A stretch of DNA of 64,000 bases from Eledone cirrhosa. Its lineage: Eukaryota. How positions within the stretch are numbered: position 1 is the first letter of the stretch; each line of letters opens with the position of its first letter. The notes below the pieces were generated by a model. That model was given only the letters and a program-made list of their open reading frames with translations. It was not told where the DNA came from and searched no databases. Positions 42,376 to 53,537 of the stretch are shown one piece after another. Where the stretch lies: the NCBI GenBank assembly GCA_964016885.1, contig OZ024746.1:85126001-85190000 (forward strand), written 5' to 3'. A program made the translations under genes and the position numbers.

Positions 42376-42945
42376 CCATTATTGTCACCACGACAATTAC
42401 AACAACAACACCATCACACACTTCATCCTGAACAACCACACGCACCAGCACAACTACCAGCCGTCACCCACCATACACCTCACACCACCACCACCACCAC
42501 CAGTACCACTACTTTCGCCCCCCACACACTATAAACACACATTAACATTATCAATTTAAAGCAACGAAAAACGTCAAATATCACTAGTCAGATTAGCAAA
42601 TTGAAAATTCCGTTCTAATCTTCAGAACGAGTCAAGGCTTCCGACTTCTTATACAAGTCAATTGCCTTCATCAAATAGGTGCTAATAAAAATGCTCTTTG
42701 CATGTGTATGTATACACACACACACACACACACTCTCTCTCTCTCTCTCTCTCTCTCTGACACACACACACATACACACACATATATATATCATATATAT
42801 ATGTATGTATGGAAGTAGGTATGTATATATGTGTGTGTGTGTATGTATGTTAGTGTGTACATCTGTCTAATCATCTATTTTGTTTGTACTAGTGTGAATC
42901 TAATCTAACGTATTTAAGTTTTAGATATGGGTGTTTTCTGTGTGC

Positions 42946-43032
<87 letters not shown>

Positions 43033-43159
43033 ATGTGTGTGTGTGTTTGTATGTGTGTGTGCATGTATGAGTGTGTGTGTATGCGAGTACACACAATTAA
43101 AAACAGACACATATATTAAACATATAGGCACTCAAGAGAGCACATCAAACACACAAACA

Positions 43160-43207
<48 letters not shown>

Positions 43208-43217
43208 CACACATGTA

Positions 43218-43291
<74 letters not shown>

Positions 43292-43379
43292 CACACATGT
43301 AAACATATATATATATATATATATATATTTACATGTGTGTATATGTAACTCTACATGTTGTGCTTGTTTATGTACATGC

Positions 43380-43930
43380 GTGTATGTATGAGTGTGTTTG
43401 AACATATGCGTCTGTGTGTGTATCTGTGTGTGTGTGTCTGAATGCGTATCTGTGTATGTATATGTGTGTTTGAACATATGCGTCTGTGTGTGTCTGTGTG
43501 TGTCTGTGTGTGTGTCTGTGTTTATTTACATGTGTCTCTGTGCGTGTATCTGTGTGTATATCTGTGCGTGTGTTTGCATGTGTCTCTGTGTGTGTATCTG
43601 TATGTGTATATGTGTGTATATGTGTGTGTGTTTGCATGTCTCTCTGTGTGTATATCTGTGTGTGTGTTTGCATGTCTCTGTGTGTGTGTATCTCTGTGTG
43701 TATATCTGTGTGTGTGTTTTCATGTGTTTCTGTGTGTGTATCTGTGTGTGTGTGTATGTGTGTATATGTGTGTGTGTGTGAGTGTTTGCATGTCTTTCTG
43801 TGTGTGTATCTCTGGGTGTATGTCTGTGTGTGTGTTTTGCATGTCTCTCTGTGTGTGTATATGTATGTGTATACGTGTGTATATATGTGTGTGTGTCTGT
43901 GTGTGTGTGTATACGTGCCTCAGTGTGTTT
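43380..43930 (+). repeat. (TG)-derived degenerate minisatellite
   Basis: Repeated TGTGTGTATCTG / TTTGCATGTCTCTG units. Confidence 0.9.
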
Positions 43931-44483
43931 GTTTACGCATGTTGGTAAAAATCATAATCAACAAAGCTTTTACTGACTGAACATTTCAGTGATTCTCTCA
44001 TTTTTAATTGTGAACCGCTCTTAGTTTCTCTTTCCGTTTTTACTTTCACTTATCCCTAATTTATCTAAACAACCAGTTTTAAATAACAATTAACAAAACT
44101 CAAACCCATTCGCTGAGCTTTAACCTTTCGTCTCCATTTGCTAATTTTTTTCTATTTTATTTTTCACTTTTTATATATTTTATTAAAACTTTATTTTCTT
44201 ATTTATATATATATTTTTTTTTATACATTATTTTTTCGTTTATTTATTTATTGCTAATTTTCTCATCTTTCAAACCGAGGAAGGAAAAAAAAATGACCTT
44301 TCTTGACCTAATTCTTTTTTACTGCTATTTTTTATGATACTTTAATTCTTCTTCTTCTTCTTCTTCTTCTTCTTCTTCTTCTTCTTCTTCTTCTTCTTCT
44401 TCTTCTTCTGCCTTTCTTTCTTTCTTTCCACTTCATTTCATTTTAGACTTCAATATCTAGAAAGTTGCTTCAGAGATAGAATT

Positions 44484-44518
<35 letters not shown>

Positions 44519-44520
44519 GC

Positions 44521-44557
<37 letters not shown>

Positions 44558-44644
44558 GCTGCTGCTAATGGTGCTGCTGCATCTAAATACCTTCCTATAC
44601 ATGGTCTTACGCACACAAACGGAGACACAAACAAACATACACGA

Positions 44645-44732
<88 letters not shown>

Positions 44733-44774
44733 CTCTTTTTACACACATACACGCACACACATACATATATACAA

Positions 44775-44813
<39 letters not shown>

Positions 44814-44909
44814 TATGTACATGTATAGACGAATAGAAATATAGAAGCATGAATGCACACACATACACACACACATACACGCGTATATATAATATATATA
44901 TATATATAC

Positions 44910-44944
<35 letters not shown>

Positions 44945-44985
44945 CGAAACATAAGTCAATTGCATGAACTCATAATCCTTTATTT

Positions 44986-45041
44986 ACTGTTATGTATATT
45001 TCGATGATAGCCATTGAATGGCTATGACCTCATCAGGCAGT
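44986..45041 (-). ncRNA. Family D hammerhead-like motif, partly degenerate
   Basis: Minus strand ACTGC-CTGATGA-GGTCATAGCCATTCAATGGCTATCATC-GAAA-TATAC-ATA-ACAGT. Long stem II, with a mismatch closing stem I. Confidence 0.55.
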
Positions 45042-45477
45042 TAGTCAGTTCTTAGATATGCCAGCTCTGTGTTTATGGTGTTGATGGTATCAGAGCTTTG
45101 GGACATGTATATATATGCCCGTAAACATTTGCACAGAAATATGTATGTTTGTGTTTATATGTGTGCGTGAGTGTGCAATTGATTTTGCTGATTATGAATG
45201 ACAGATCGAATAATACACATGCTTTATAAACCCAATTTATGCTAATGTCATTGATATTTTTTAATCAGTGAAGCTAATACTAAATTATCAAAGACAATGT
45301 GTAGCCACACACATATACACATATATTCCCACTGTTATACACATCTTCAGAACAACATACTGACATACACACACCTATACCTACAGAAATACATAAATTA
45401 GGAATATGCGCAGTGTTATACATGCATATTCGTATGCACACATATGTATTTAAGATATATTATTTTATTTTTCTACT

Positions 45478-45655
45478 GAGGGTGGTGGATTGGTAGTATC
45501 GGTAGAGGGTCGGACGCCATGCTTTCCAGCATAGTTACGTCCCTTTACGATCTGAGTTCAAATCCCGCCGAGGTTGACTTTGCCTTTCATCCTTACGGGG
45601 TCGATAAAATAAAGTACCAGTAATGCACTGGTTAATTGCTGGCCCTGTGCCTAAA
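45478..45655 (+). mobile_element. Near-complete tRNA-type SINE
   Basis: TGGTAGTATCGGTAGAG (A box), GAGTTCAAATCCC (B box), CCTTTCATCCTTACGGGGTCGATAAAATAAAGTACCAG. Confidence 0.85.
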
Positions 45656-45671
45656 GCAGACCGTGTCCATA

Positions 45672-46500
45672 TATGAGGTTTGTCTCAAAAGTAAGAGTAC
45701 TGATGTTTTATTTGAATGTATATTAGATGTACATAAAATTATCTCCTTCAAAATACGACATTTGGGAAGTCACACAGCGGTTCCAAAGTTTCTTCCTTTG
45801 ATTGTGACAGTAGAAGTCATTTTCTGTGAGTGTCCCTAACTCGTCGGTTACAATCTTTTATATGTTTTCCACTGTCCCAAAATGATGACCTTTCAACTTC
45901 GATTTCAACTTAGGGAACAGGTAGAAAGTGTGTGGGCTGAGGGAGAAGGTGGGAAAGTGAGAATGGTTTCTTCCAGAAATTCTCTGATTGAAAGTGTTGT
46001 GTGAGCAAGCCCGTTATCGTGATGCAGTATCCAATCTCATGCAATGTCCTTTTTGACTCGTTGGGCCCGTTTCAGAAATCTTTCTATGGTACTTTCTGGA
46101 AGGTGCAATTAAATGCCTGCCTTGGAGATAAACATTCTTTGTAAGCAATACCACGGCTGTCGAATAAAATGATAAACTCTGCTTTCATCCTGGATTTTCT
46201 TATGCATGCTTTTTTCGGCCGTTTTCTTTCTGGATCATGATTCATCTCCTTTTATTACTTTATCCAAGAAATTTGGCTCAATTTCGAGTCTTTCTAGCAA
46301 ATCCTGACAAATGTCCAGCCGGTTCACTTTTTGCTTCACAGACAAGGGTCTGAGCACTAGTTTTTGCACAAACTTTTCGTGTGCGCAAACGGTCTGTTAA
46401 AATTCTGTGAACAGTATTTTTAACCAAGCCGGTTTCTTCGGATAGCACGGAGTCCAAGCCTTGGGTGTAGTTTAAGAGTGATGCTAACATCATTTGGGCA
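45672..46500 (-). pseudogene. Degraded mariner-family transposase with one TIR
   Basis: Minus-strand peptides TVHRILTDRLRTRKVCAK and LFPKLKSKLKGHHF. TA followed by TGAGGTTTGTCTCAAAAGT forms a TIR-like end at 45672. Many stops and frameshifts. Confidence 0.8.
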
Positions 46501-46630
46501 ATACTGATGGAATATTTTCCACATCATGCAGATAATATAGCGCCCATGGAGGCGTTGGAGAGAATAAAGTATATAAATAAATATATATTTATATATATAT
46601 ACATATATACGTATATATATATATATATGT

Positions 46631-46726
<96 letters not shown>

Positions 46727-46752
46727 ATATGTATATATATATATATATATAT

Positions 46753-46913
46753 AGGCCAGCAAATACCCAGTACATTACTGGTACTTTATTTTATCGACCA
46801 CGTAAGGATGAAAGACAAAGTTAACCTCGGCGGGATTTGAACTCAGAATAGCAAGGGCCGTAACTCTATGCGTCAAAGCATGGCGTCCGACTCGCTGCCG
46901 ATACTACCAATCC
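46753..46913 (-). mobile_element. tRNA-type SINE
   Basis: Reverse complement of the 45478 family. Confidence 0.85.
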
Positions 46914-47027
46914 ATGAATCAAATTATATCAAATATGTTTAGAATTTTGTGTTTCTCAATAAGCCAGCTCAATAGACTTTATCTAGAGCCATAATAACCA
47001 AATTAAAAGATATATGTTTATATATAG

Positions 47028-47317
47028 AGAGAAAGAGCCATATATCACACAAGAAACACAGCATATTGTATATATACCAAATACATATTCTATAGAAGAA
47101 TATGTACACAAGTGGAATCATAAGAGAACCCTTATAATGCTATTTCATACCTGGAGAGTATGACTAAAAAATCTACGTAATCTATCATACTCTCCAGGTA
47201 TGAAATAGCGCTATAAGGTTTCACTTATGATTTCACCTGTACACATATTCTTCTATAGAATATGTATTTGGTATATATATATATACATTATACAGTGTTT
47301 CTTGTGCGATGCATATA

Positions 47318-47348
<31 letters not shown>

Positions 47349-47392
47349 GTATAAGAGAAAGAGCCATATATTGCACAAGAAACACGGCATAT
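47028..47392. repeat. Foldback with ~120-bp arms plus a short direct repeat, Penelope-like architecture
   Basis: 47045-47163 is inverted at 47185-47310, and 47030-47063 recurs at 47354-47391. Contains a hammerhead-like 3' half, GAAATAGCGCTATA. Confidence 0.7.
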
Positions 47393-47396
47393 ATAC

Positions 47397-47431
<35 letters not shown>

Positions 47432-47491
47432 TTATATATACATATAAACATTCAGATATGTATATATATATATATAAATATAATACACATG

Positions 47492-47522
<31 letters not shown>

Positions 47523-47603
47523 GTGCATATATATATAGATATATATATACACACATAAATACGTACATACATACATACGTACATACATACATACATACAT
47601 ACA

Positions 47604-47636
47604 TAAAACTTTGGGAAATTATAAAACCAGAAGAAC
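47604..47636 (+). mobile_element. ~33-bp extreme 3' end of the R4-like family in (CATA)n
   Basis: TAAAACTTTGGGAAATTATAAAACCAGAAGAAC has the same terminus as the other copies. Confidence 0.7.
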
Positions 47637-47778
47637 ATACATATATATATACACATACATATATATATATACATACATACAGATATATATATACATACAT
47701 ACATATTTATATATACATACATACATATATATATATACATATATATATATACATACATACATACATACATACATACAT

Positions 47779-48327
47779 GGTGGCTGCCAACTCGTTTTCG
47801 AGTACGGCCACTACTTTATATCCATGTAGGAGAACCCCTACCGATGCGCTGAACGAGTGTGACTTTTTAGTCCAGCCAGCGACTTGAAAACTCTGGTACA
47901 AACACTACACTTGTGACAATTACTGACACAGTGCTGGGCCCATGGTACCATGTGACGACAAGTGCAGAGAGATCTCCAGATATAAAGCAATGCCTGTGCC
48001 GTGAAGCTTTTATAGTGAGCAAAGGCACTGCACAAAGCCAGTCCCACTCTCTTAACCAAGATGATATTTACCAAAAAGAAGAACAAGTCAACATCATTGG
48101 ATACCATCAGAGTTGCAGGTGTTATATCAGAGTTTTCCTTCTCCTAGAATTCTGCCTTGACAAAGGCTAAGGGGTCATCTCTCCCGGTGATTTTGGATGG
48201 CCATTGACTCTTAAGAGCTCCTTTGCCCTTTGACAGGTTTTGTTTTTAGTCCTGCAGGATGTCCAAAGTCACCCTCCTCACCAAGAAACCTTGGTGGGGT
48301 CGTTGGCGACTAAACTGGCAACCCCAC
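47779..48327 (-). mobile_element. Second copy of the bipartite RTE-derived retroposon, 5'-truncated with a terminal inversion
   Basis: Near-identical reverse complement of ~31198-31726, flanked by (CATA)n-type repeats. Confidence 0.85.
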
Positions 48328-48443
48328 ATACATACATACATATATATATACATACATATACATACACACATACATACATATATATATACATACATACATA
48401 TATATATACATACATATATATATACATACATATATACATACAT

Positions 48444-48737
48444 ACACAACTAGTTAAGAAATTACAAGTACAATCCATTAATGGAACAGTAAAAATATGT
48501 AAAACATTCCAAAAATGTTGCATCTAATAACTGCTTATACACATGTACAGATGCAAAGCATATACACATGCACACATACAATAACATCCATATCTACACA
48601 TGCATACATGCAGACATACATACATATCTACCTAGTTGATGTTGTGTAAATTCCAATGAGAGAGTCTTGTGTCTATGTTAGAAACCGACTCTCTCTCTAT
48701 TGGGAAAAAATTTGTGAAATCATAAAACCAGAAGAAC
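48444..48737 (+). mobile_element. R4-like LINE 3' fragment (array unit 1)
   Basis: Encodes QLVKKLQVQSINGTVKICKTFQKCCI* followed by the 3' UTR ending CCAGAAGAAC. Homologous to 13381-13690. Confidence 0.8.
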
Positions 48738-48924
48738 ATACATACATACATACGTGCATACATAGGTACATACATACATACATACATACATACATACATA
48801 CATACATACATACATACATACATACATACGTACATGCATACACATACATACATACACACATACATACATACGTACATACATACATACATACATACATACA
48901 TACATACATACATACATACATACA

Positions 48925-48958
<34 letters not shown>

Positions 48959-49434
48959 CATACACATACATACATACACACATACATACATACATACATA
49001 CATACATACATACGTGCATACATACATACGTACATACATACATACATACATACATACATACATACACACATACGTACATACATACATACATACATACATA
49101 CATACATACATACATACACACATACATACATACGTACATACATACATACATACATACATACATACATACGTACATACATACATACATACATACTTACATA
49201 CATACGTACATGCATACATACATACATACATACATACATACATACATACATACGTACATATATACATACATACACATACATACATACATACATACATACA
49301 TACATACATACATACATACATACATACGTACATACATACACATACATACATACATGCGTACATACATACATACATGCATACACATACACATACATACATA
49401 CGTACATACGTACATACATACATACATACATACA

Positions 49435-49468
<34 letters not shown>

Positions 49469-49475
49469 CATACAT
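48738..49475 (+). repeat. Long degenerate (CATA)n tract
   Basis: Directly visible, with CGTA/CATG variants. Confidence 0.95.
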
Positions 49476-49723
49476 AAAAAAATGTTGCATCTAATAACTC
49501 CATGTACACATGTACAGATACAAAGCATATACACATGCACACATAAAACTCAAAACATACACATCCACACATACAATAACATCCATATCTACACATGCAG
49601 ACATACATACATATCTACCTAGTTGATGTTGTGTAAATTCCAATGAGAGAGTCTTGTGTCTATGTTAGAAACCGACTCTCTCTCTATTGGTAAACCTTTG
49701 TGAAATTATAAAACCAGAAGAAC
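49476..49723 (+). mobile_element. R4-like LINE 3' fragment (array unit 2)
   Basis: AAAAAAATGTTGCATCTAATAAC...ATAAAACCAGAAGAAC. Confidence 0.8.
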
Positions 49724-49737
49724 ATACTTACATACAT

Positions 49738-49775
49738 GATGGCTGCCCCCTCGTTATCGAGTATGGCCATTGCAC
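49738..49775 (-). mobile_element. Detached 3' terminus of the RTE element at 55816-56996
   Basis: Minus-strand TGGCCATACTCGATAACGAGGGGGCAGCCATC followed by ATGT repeats resembles the 3' ends at 31690-31726 and 47779-47810 (TGGCCGTACTCGAAAACGAGTTGGCAGCCACC). Confidence 0.75.
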
Positions 49776-50088
49776 AATAAAAAAAAAAAAAAATAAAAAA
49801 AAAAAAAAAATAATAATAATAATAATAATGATTTCATTTATTGGCCACAAGGGCCGACATATAGGGGACAACACAATAGACAGGGACAGTGGGGGTTTAC
49901 ATAGAGATCGAGTAAGTATAAATAACAAAAAAACAAAAACAAAATAACAATAAAAATACAACAATGAAAGTTCCCCAATAAGAGGGATCACCACCCAGGG
50001 TTGACTCAAGCACCCCACCAGTCCTGAGCCACCCGACGCTCCTAGGGCACCCGGGAAGGGCACCCCTCTCCTTCTCGAATTCACCAGC

Positions 50089-53000
50089 CTACAGGCGCAT
50101 GATCAGAGTAGGCCCACTCACGCGGGCCATTCTCGCCACATTCACCCACCTTTCAGTAAATGTACTGGGGGGCAGCACTTCTCTCTCCACCCTCACCTTC
50201 CTTTCCAAGTGAAACTTGAAGAAGTTGATGAGGGATTGGCCGAAGAGAAAAGTGTCTGTCTTCAGTCCTTTCAACCTGGTCCACCATGCAACCTCTTTCG
50301 CTACTGCCACCAGGCAGAGGAAAATTGCCTGCCCTTCCTGACCAAAAGAAGGCGGCGGGTCAATCTTCACTATGGACTCGGACGATAGCCGGATCCGTTC
50401 TACACGCGACAATAGCTGTTCGACATAACCCCACAAGTCAGCAATGCACGGACACTGGACGAGTGCGTGCAGAACGGTTTCGTCGCTCTGCGCGCATCTC
50501 GGGCAGGTTCGTCTGACAGCACTTCCGTGCCTGTAGAGTTTATCTCGAACCGGCAGCGCCCCCCGGTAGCACTGCCAAGCGAGGGATTTCTGGAAGTTAT
50601 CCATCGTCCCCGGCTCGAAAGTCCTCCGGAACATACTGGTCAGTTCTACTTCGTTGACGCCCAGAGCCTCTCCTAGTACGTCATCGCACTTGCCCTCCAC
50701 TAATCCTCTATAGAAATCTTGAGTGGAAGTTCCACTGACCGCATTGCCCACCTTGCAGAGTGCAGTGAGCGCCTGGCAACATTCCAGATGCCAGTCGCCC
50801 AGTCTCGGTCTCTTCTTGACCCAGGACTGCAGCTCAGTCAAAGAGATGAGCTGCGGAAAGGCCCGTCTAACAAACGGCGACCACACCTGTTCACCGTTTA
50901 GGCAAAATATCTGGAGATGTCGCAGCCTCAGCGCATGTCTGCGCATCATTAGCCACGGCATGCCCAGCCCTCCACGAAGAGGGTGCTGGCAGCAGATGGA
51001 CCGCCTCACCAACGGGACCCGTCCCCTCCACAAAAATTTGAAAAGGAGCCGTTCCAAATTGGCGAGGCGTGGACGGGGGCAAGGCACGACGGTCAGGCGG
51101 TAGTAGATGACGGACGCGATGTACGCGTTCGCCACCTCCGCCCGCCCTTTCAGTGATAGCTTTCTCTCAGCCCATTTCTGGGTGAGGTTGGCTATCCTGC
51201 TCGTCACCTCGTCCCAATTCTTATCCATCTGGAGGTCTGGTCCGAACCAAACCCCGAGCAACTTTACCGGTCCGTCTGTCCAGCGCCCAACGACGCTGTT
51301 GGACGGCATGGACTTGCCTCTCCAGGTGCCGAGCTGCAAGCCCACCGACTTTTCCGGGTTAAGTTTTGCTCCCGTCAACCTTTCATATTCCTCCAAATGG
51401 GTGCGGATCACCTCGATTTCCGAGGTGTCCGACACCATCACGGTGATGTCGTCCGCATAAGCGGACGCAGCCTTTCTACGTCCCGGTTCGAGCGGGATGC
51501 CCTGCAACAACTCCAGCTTCCGCAGTAGAGGCTCAAGAGTCAATACGTACAGAAGTGAGGAGAGAGGGCACCCTTGACGGACCGATCGAGAGATCTGAAA
51601 CGGTTCCGAGAGGTGGCCATTAACTTTGACCACCGAGCGGATGCCGCTGTACATTGCAGCGATCCAGCTTCTGAAGACGGGGCCGAAGCCAGCCGCCTCG
51701 AGGACAGCCTCCAAGTACCGATGGTCGACCCTATCGAATGCTTTCGATTGATCTAAATTGATCAGAGCCCCACCGAAGCCAGGTTTGCACCCAACCCTCT
51801 CTATGATGTATCGCATGAGGTGGAGGTTGTCGTGTATGGACCTGGTCGGGATTGCGCAAGTTTGCGCCTCCCCAACCAAATCTTTGACGACAAGCGCCAA
51901 CCTTTTCGCTAACACCTTGGCCAAAATCTTAAACTCTGTGTTGAGCAGGGTTATGGGCCTGAAATTATCTAGTGTGTCCCTCTTGTTCTCGTCTTTCCTT
52001 ATCAGCGTCACTACGCCACGGCTCACAGAACTGGGAATGCTCCCGTTCTGCTGCCAGTTGCAGTAGAGCGCTTCGAGGAGATCGGAGAACAAGTCTGGCA
52101 TATTTACGTAAAGCTCGTAGGGCAGACCATCCAAACCGGGTGACTTGCGACTCGAGCAGCCGACAAGGGCGTCCTGAATTTCGGCTGATGTTATCGGCTC
52201 TTCGCAGCGCTCAGCGTCGGCCGTCGAGAGGCGTGGCAAGCCGTCGAGGTAGGGACTGAAGTCCGCCGCCGTCTCCGACTCACCCATCCTCCCGAACAAT
52301 CGAGCAAAGTGCTGGCGAAAGGCCTCACACATCCGCTTGGAATCGCTCAGTTCGTGTCCATCTCGATCCGTCAAAGACCGAATTGTGGTTTTATTTCCAC
52401 GCTGCGTCTCTGCAAAGCGAGCCCATCGGGCAGCTTTGCTTCCCTCGTTCCTCAGAGCACGCGCCTTAGCTCTGACAATGCAACCTTCGTGTTTCGCATT
52501 GAAGAAATGGTCTAGTGCCATTCTCGCCGCTAGCACGTCTGTTGCAATGCCACTACAAATAGCCTCGTCTAACTTAGCTATCAGCCCCTCCTCCTTTCTA
52601 TTTTTCTCTATTGCTACTTCTTTGCTAAATCCTATCGAGGTTGCTCTAATCTCTCTTTTGAGTGCCCCCCACCACCTGTTGTTGACAACCCCCCCTGTCA
52701 ACTTTTGCTTAACTAAGTTGTTGACCCGGTCCCTGTAAGCTTTACGTGCCGGAAACGACATGTTTAGCTTCCAGTAGCTAGGTCCTAACCTACGTGTCTT
52801 ATCTAGGTCGACCATACAGATCACAAGCTTGTGATCTGAATAGGCAACCGTTTTAAAATGTGGACATCCTACACTATTTCTATCTCTTTTCCTAATGAAA
52901 ATCCTATCTATGTACGATCTAGATGACCCTATGCGATTGGTCCAGGTCCATACTGGCGCATTAGGGAAATCTAGTCGGTACCTGTCAGACAGTTGAAACT

Positions 53001-53508
53001 GGCTGATCAGGTACTTGAGGCTTTTGCACCCCCCGCTCCTATCAGATACTCCCACACAATCCCAGCGTGCTTCTAAGATGCCATTCCAATCCCCTATTAA
53101 CAGTAAAGGGCGAGACGTAAGCAGAAAGTTTTCCAGGCGCCTAAAGAAGTCCGGCCGACCGGCCCCAGTAGGGGCGTAGACGGCCACCAGTCTAAAGGCA
53201 CCACCTTCGCTATTGCTCACGTCCAGGACCACCAACTTTCCGTCAGGATCCCGGAAGATTGACCTTACCTCGAGATCCAGACATTTCCTAAACAGCACAG
53301 CCACTCCACCTCCCATTCCCGGCCGACTAACAGATGCAAAGATCTGATAATCGTCGAAAATCGGCGCCAGTGCGCGTGTGTCGGAAATTCTGGTCTCGCT
53401 GATGGCAATTACATCCATTCCTAGTGACCTGAGGTCGTTGAGCAAGTGACCTTGCTTCCAGGGCGACCCCAGGCCACGAACATTTAAACTTCCTACTCTT
53501 ATGGCCAT
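50089..53508 (-). CDS. ORF2 of L1/Tx1-clade non-LTR retrotransposon (APE endonuclease + reverse transcriptase + C-terminal CCHC)
   Basis: Uninterrupted 1139-aa ORF. APE motifs GSLNVRG, ISET, VYAP, GDWN, YIDRIF, SDH. RT motifs KSPGLDG, FRPITLLN, DQSKAFDRV, VRQGCPLS, YADD, LLGVWF. C-terminal CPRC-x8-H-x4-C. Confidence 0.96.
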   Translation of the reverse strand: MAIRVGSLNVRGLGSPWKQGHLLNDLRSLGMDVIAISETRISDTRALAPIFDDYQIFASVSRPGMGGGVAVLFRKCLDLEVRSIFRDPDGKLVVLDVSNSEGGAFRLVAVYAPTGAGRPDFFRRLENFLLTSRPLLLIGDWNGILEARWDCVGVSDRSGGCKSLKYLISQFQLSDRYRLDFPNAPVWTWTNRIGSSRSYIDRIFIRKRDRNSVGCPHFKTVAYSDHKLVICMVDLDKTRRLGPSYWKLNMSFPARKAYRDRVNNLVKQKLTGGVVNNRWWGALKREIRATSIGFSKEVAIEKNRKEEGLIAKLDEAICSGIATDVLAARMALDHFFNAKHEGCIVRAKARALRNEGSKAARWARFAETQRGNKTTIRSLTDRDGHELSDSKRMCEAFRQHFARLFGRMGESETAADFSPYLDGLPRLSTADAERCEEPITSAEIQDALVGCSSRKSPGLDGLPYELYVNMPDLFSDLLEALYCNWQQNGSIPSSVSRGVVTLIRKDENKRDTLDNFRPITLLNTEFKILAKVLAKRLALVVKDLVGEAQTCAIPTRSIHDNLHLMRYIIERVGCKPGFGGALINLDQSKAFDRVDHRYLEAVLEAAGFGPVFRSWIAAMYSGIRSVVKVNGHLSEPFQISRSVRQGCPLSSLLYVLTLEPLLRKLELLQGIPLEPGRRKAASAYADDITVMVSDTSEIEVIRTHLEEYERLTGAKLNPEKSVGLQLGTWRGKSMPSNSVVGRWTDGPVKLLGVWFGPDLQMDKNWDEVTSRIANLTQKWAERKLSLKGRAEVANAYIASVIYYRLTVVPCPRPRLANLERLLFKFLWRGRVPLVRRSICCQHPLRGGLGMPWLMMRRHALRLRHLQIFCLNGEQVWSPFVRRAFPQLISLTELQSWVKKRPRLGDWHLECCQALTALCKVGNAVSGTSTQDFYRGLVEGKCDDVLGEALGVNEVELTSMFRRTFEPGTMDNFQKSLAWQCYRGALPVRDKLYRHGSAVRRTCPRCAQSDETVLHALVQCPCIADLWGYVEQLLSRVERIRLSSESIVKIDPPPSFGQEGQAIFLCLVAVAKEVAWWTRLKGLKTDTFLFGQSLINFFKFHLERKVRVEREVLPPSTFTERWVNVARMARVSGPTLIMRL

Positions 53509-53537
53509 GCTGGCAGGATGAATGGGAGAGGAAAGGT

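Noticed and set aside
45478-45575. tRNA gene
   Set aside because: The A/B boxes belong to a SINE head with a downstream core and tail, and no cloverleaf is evident.
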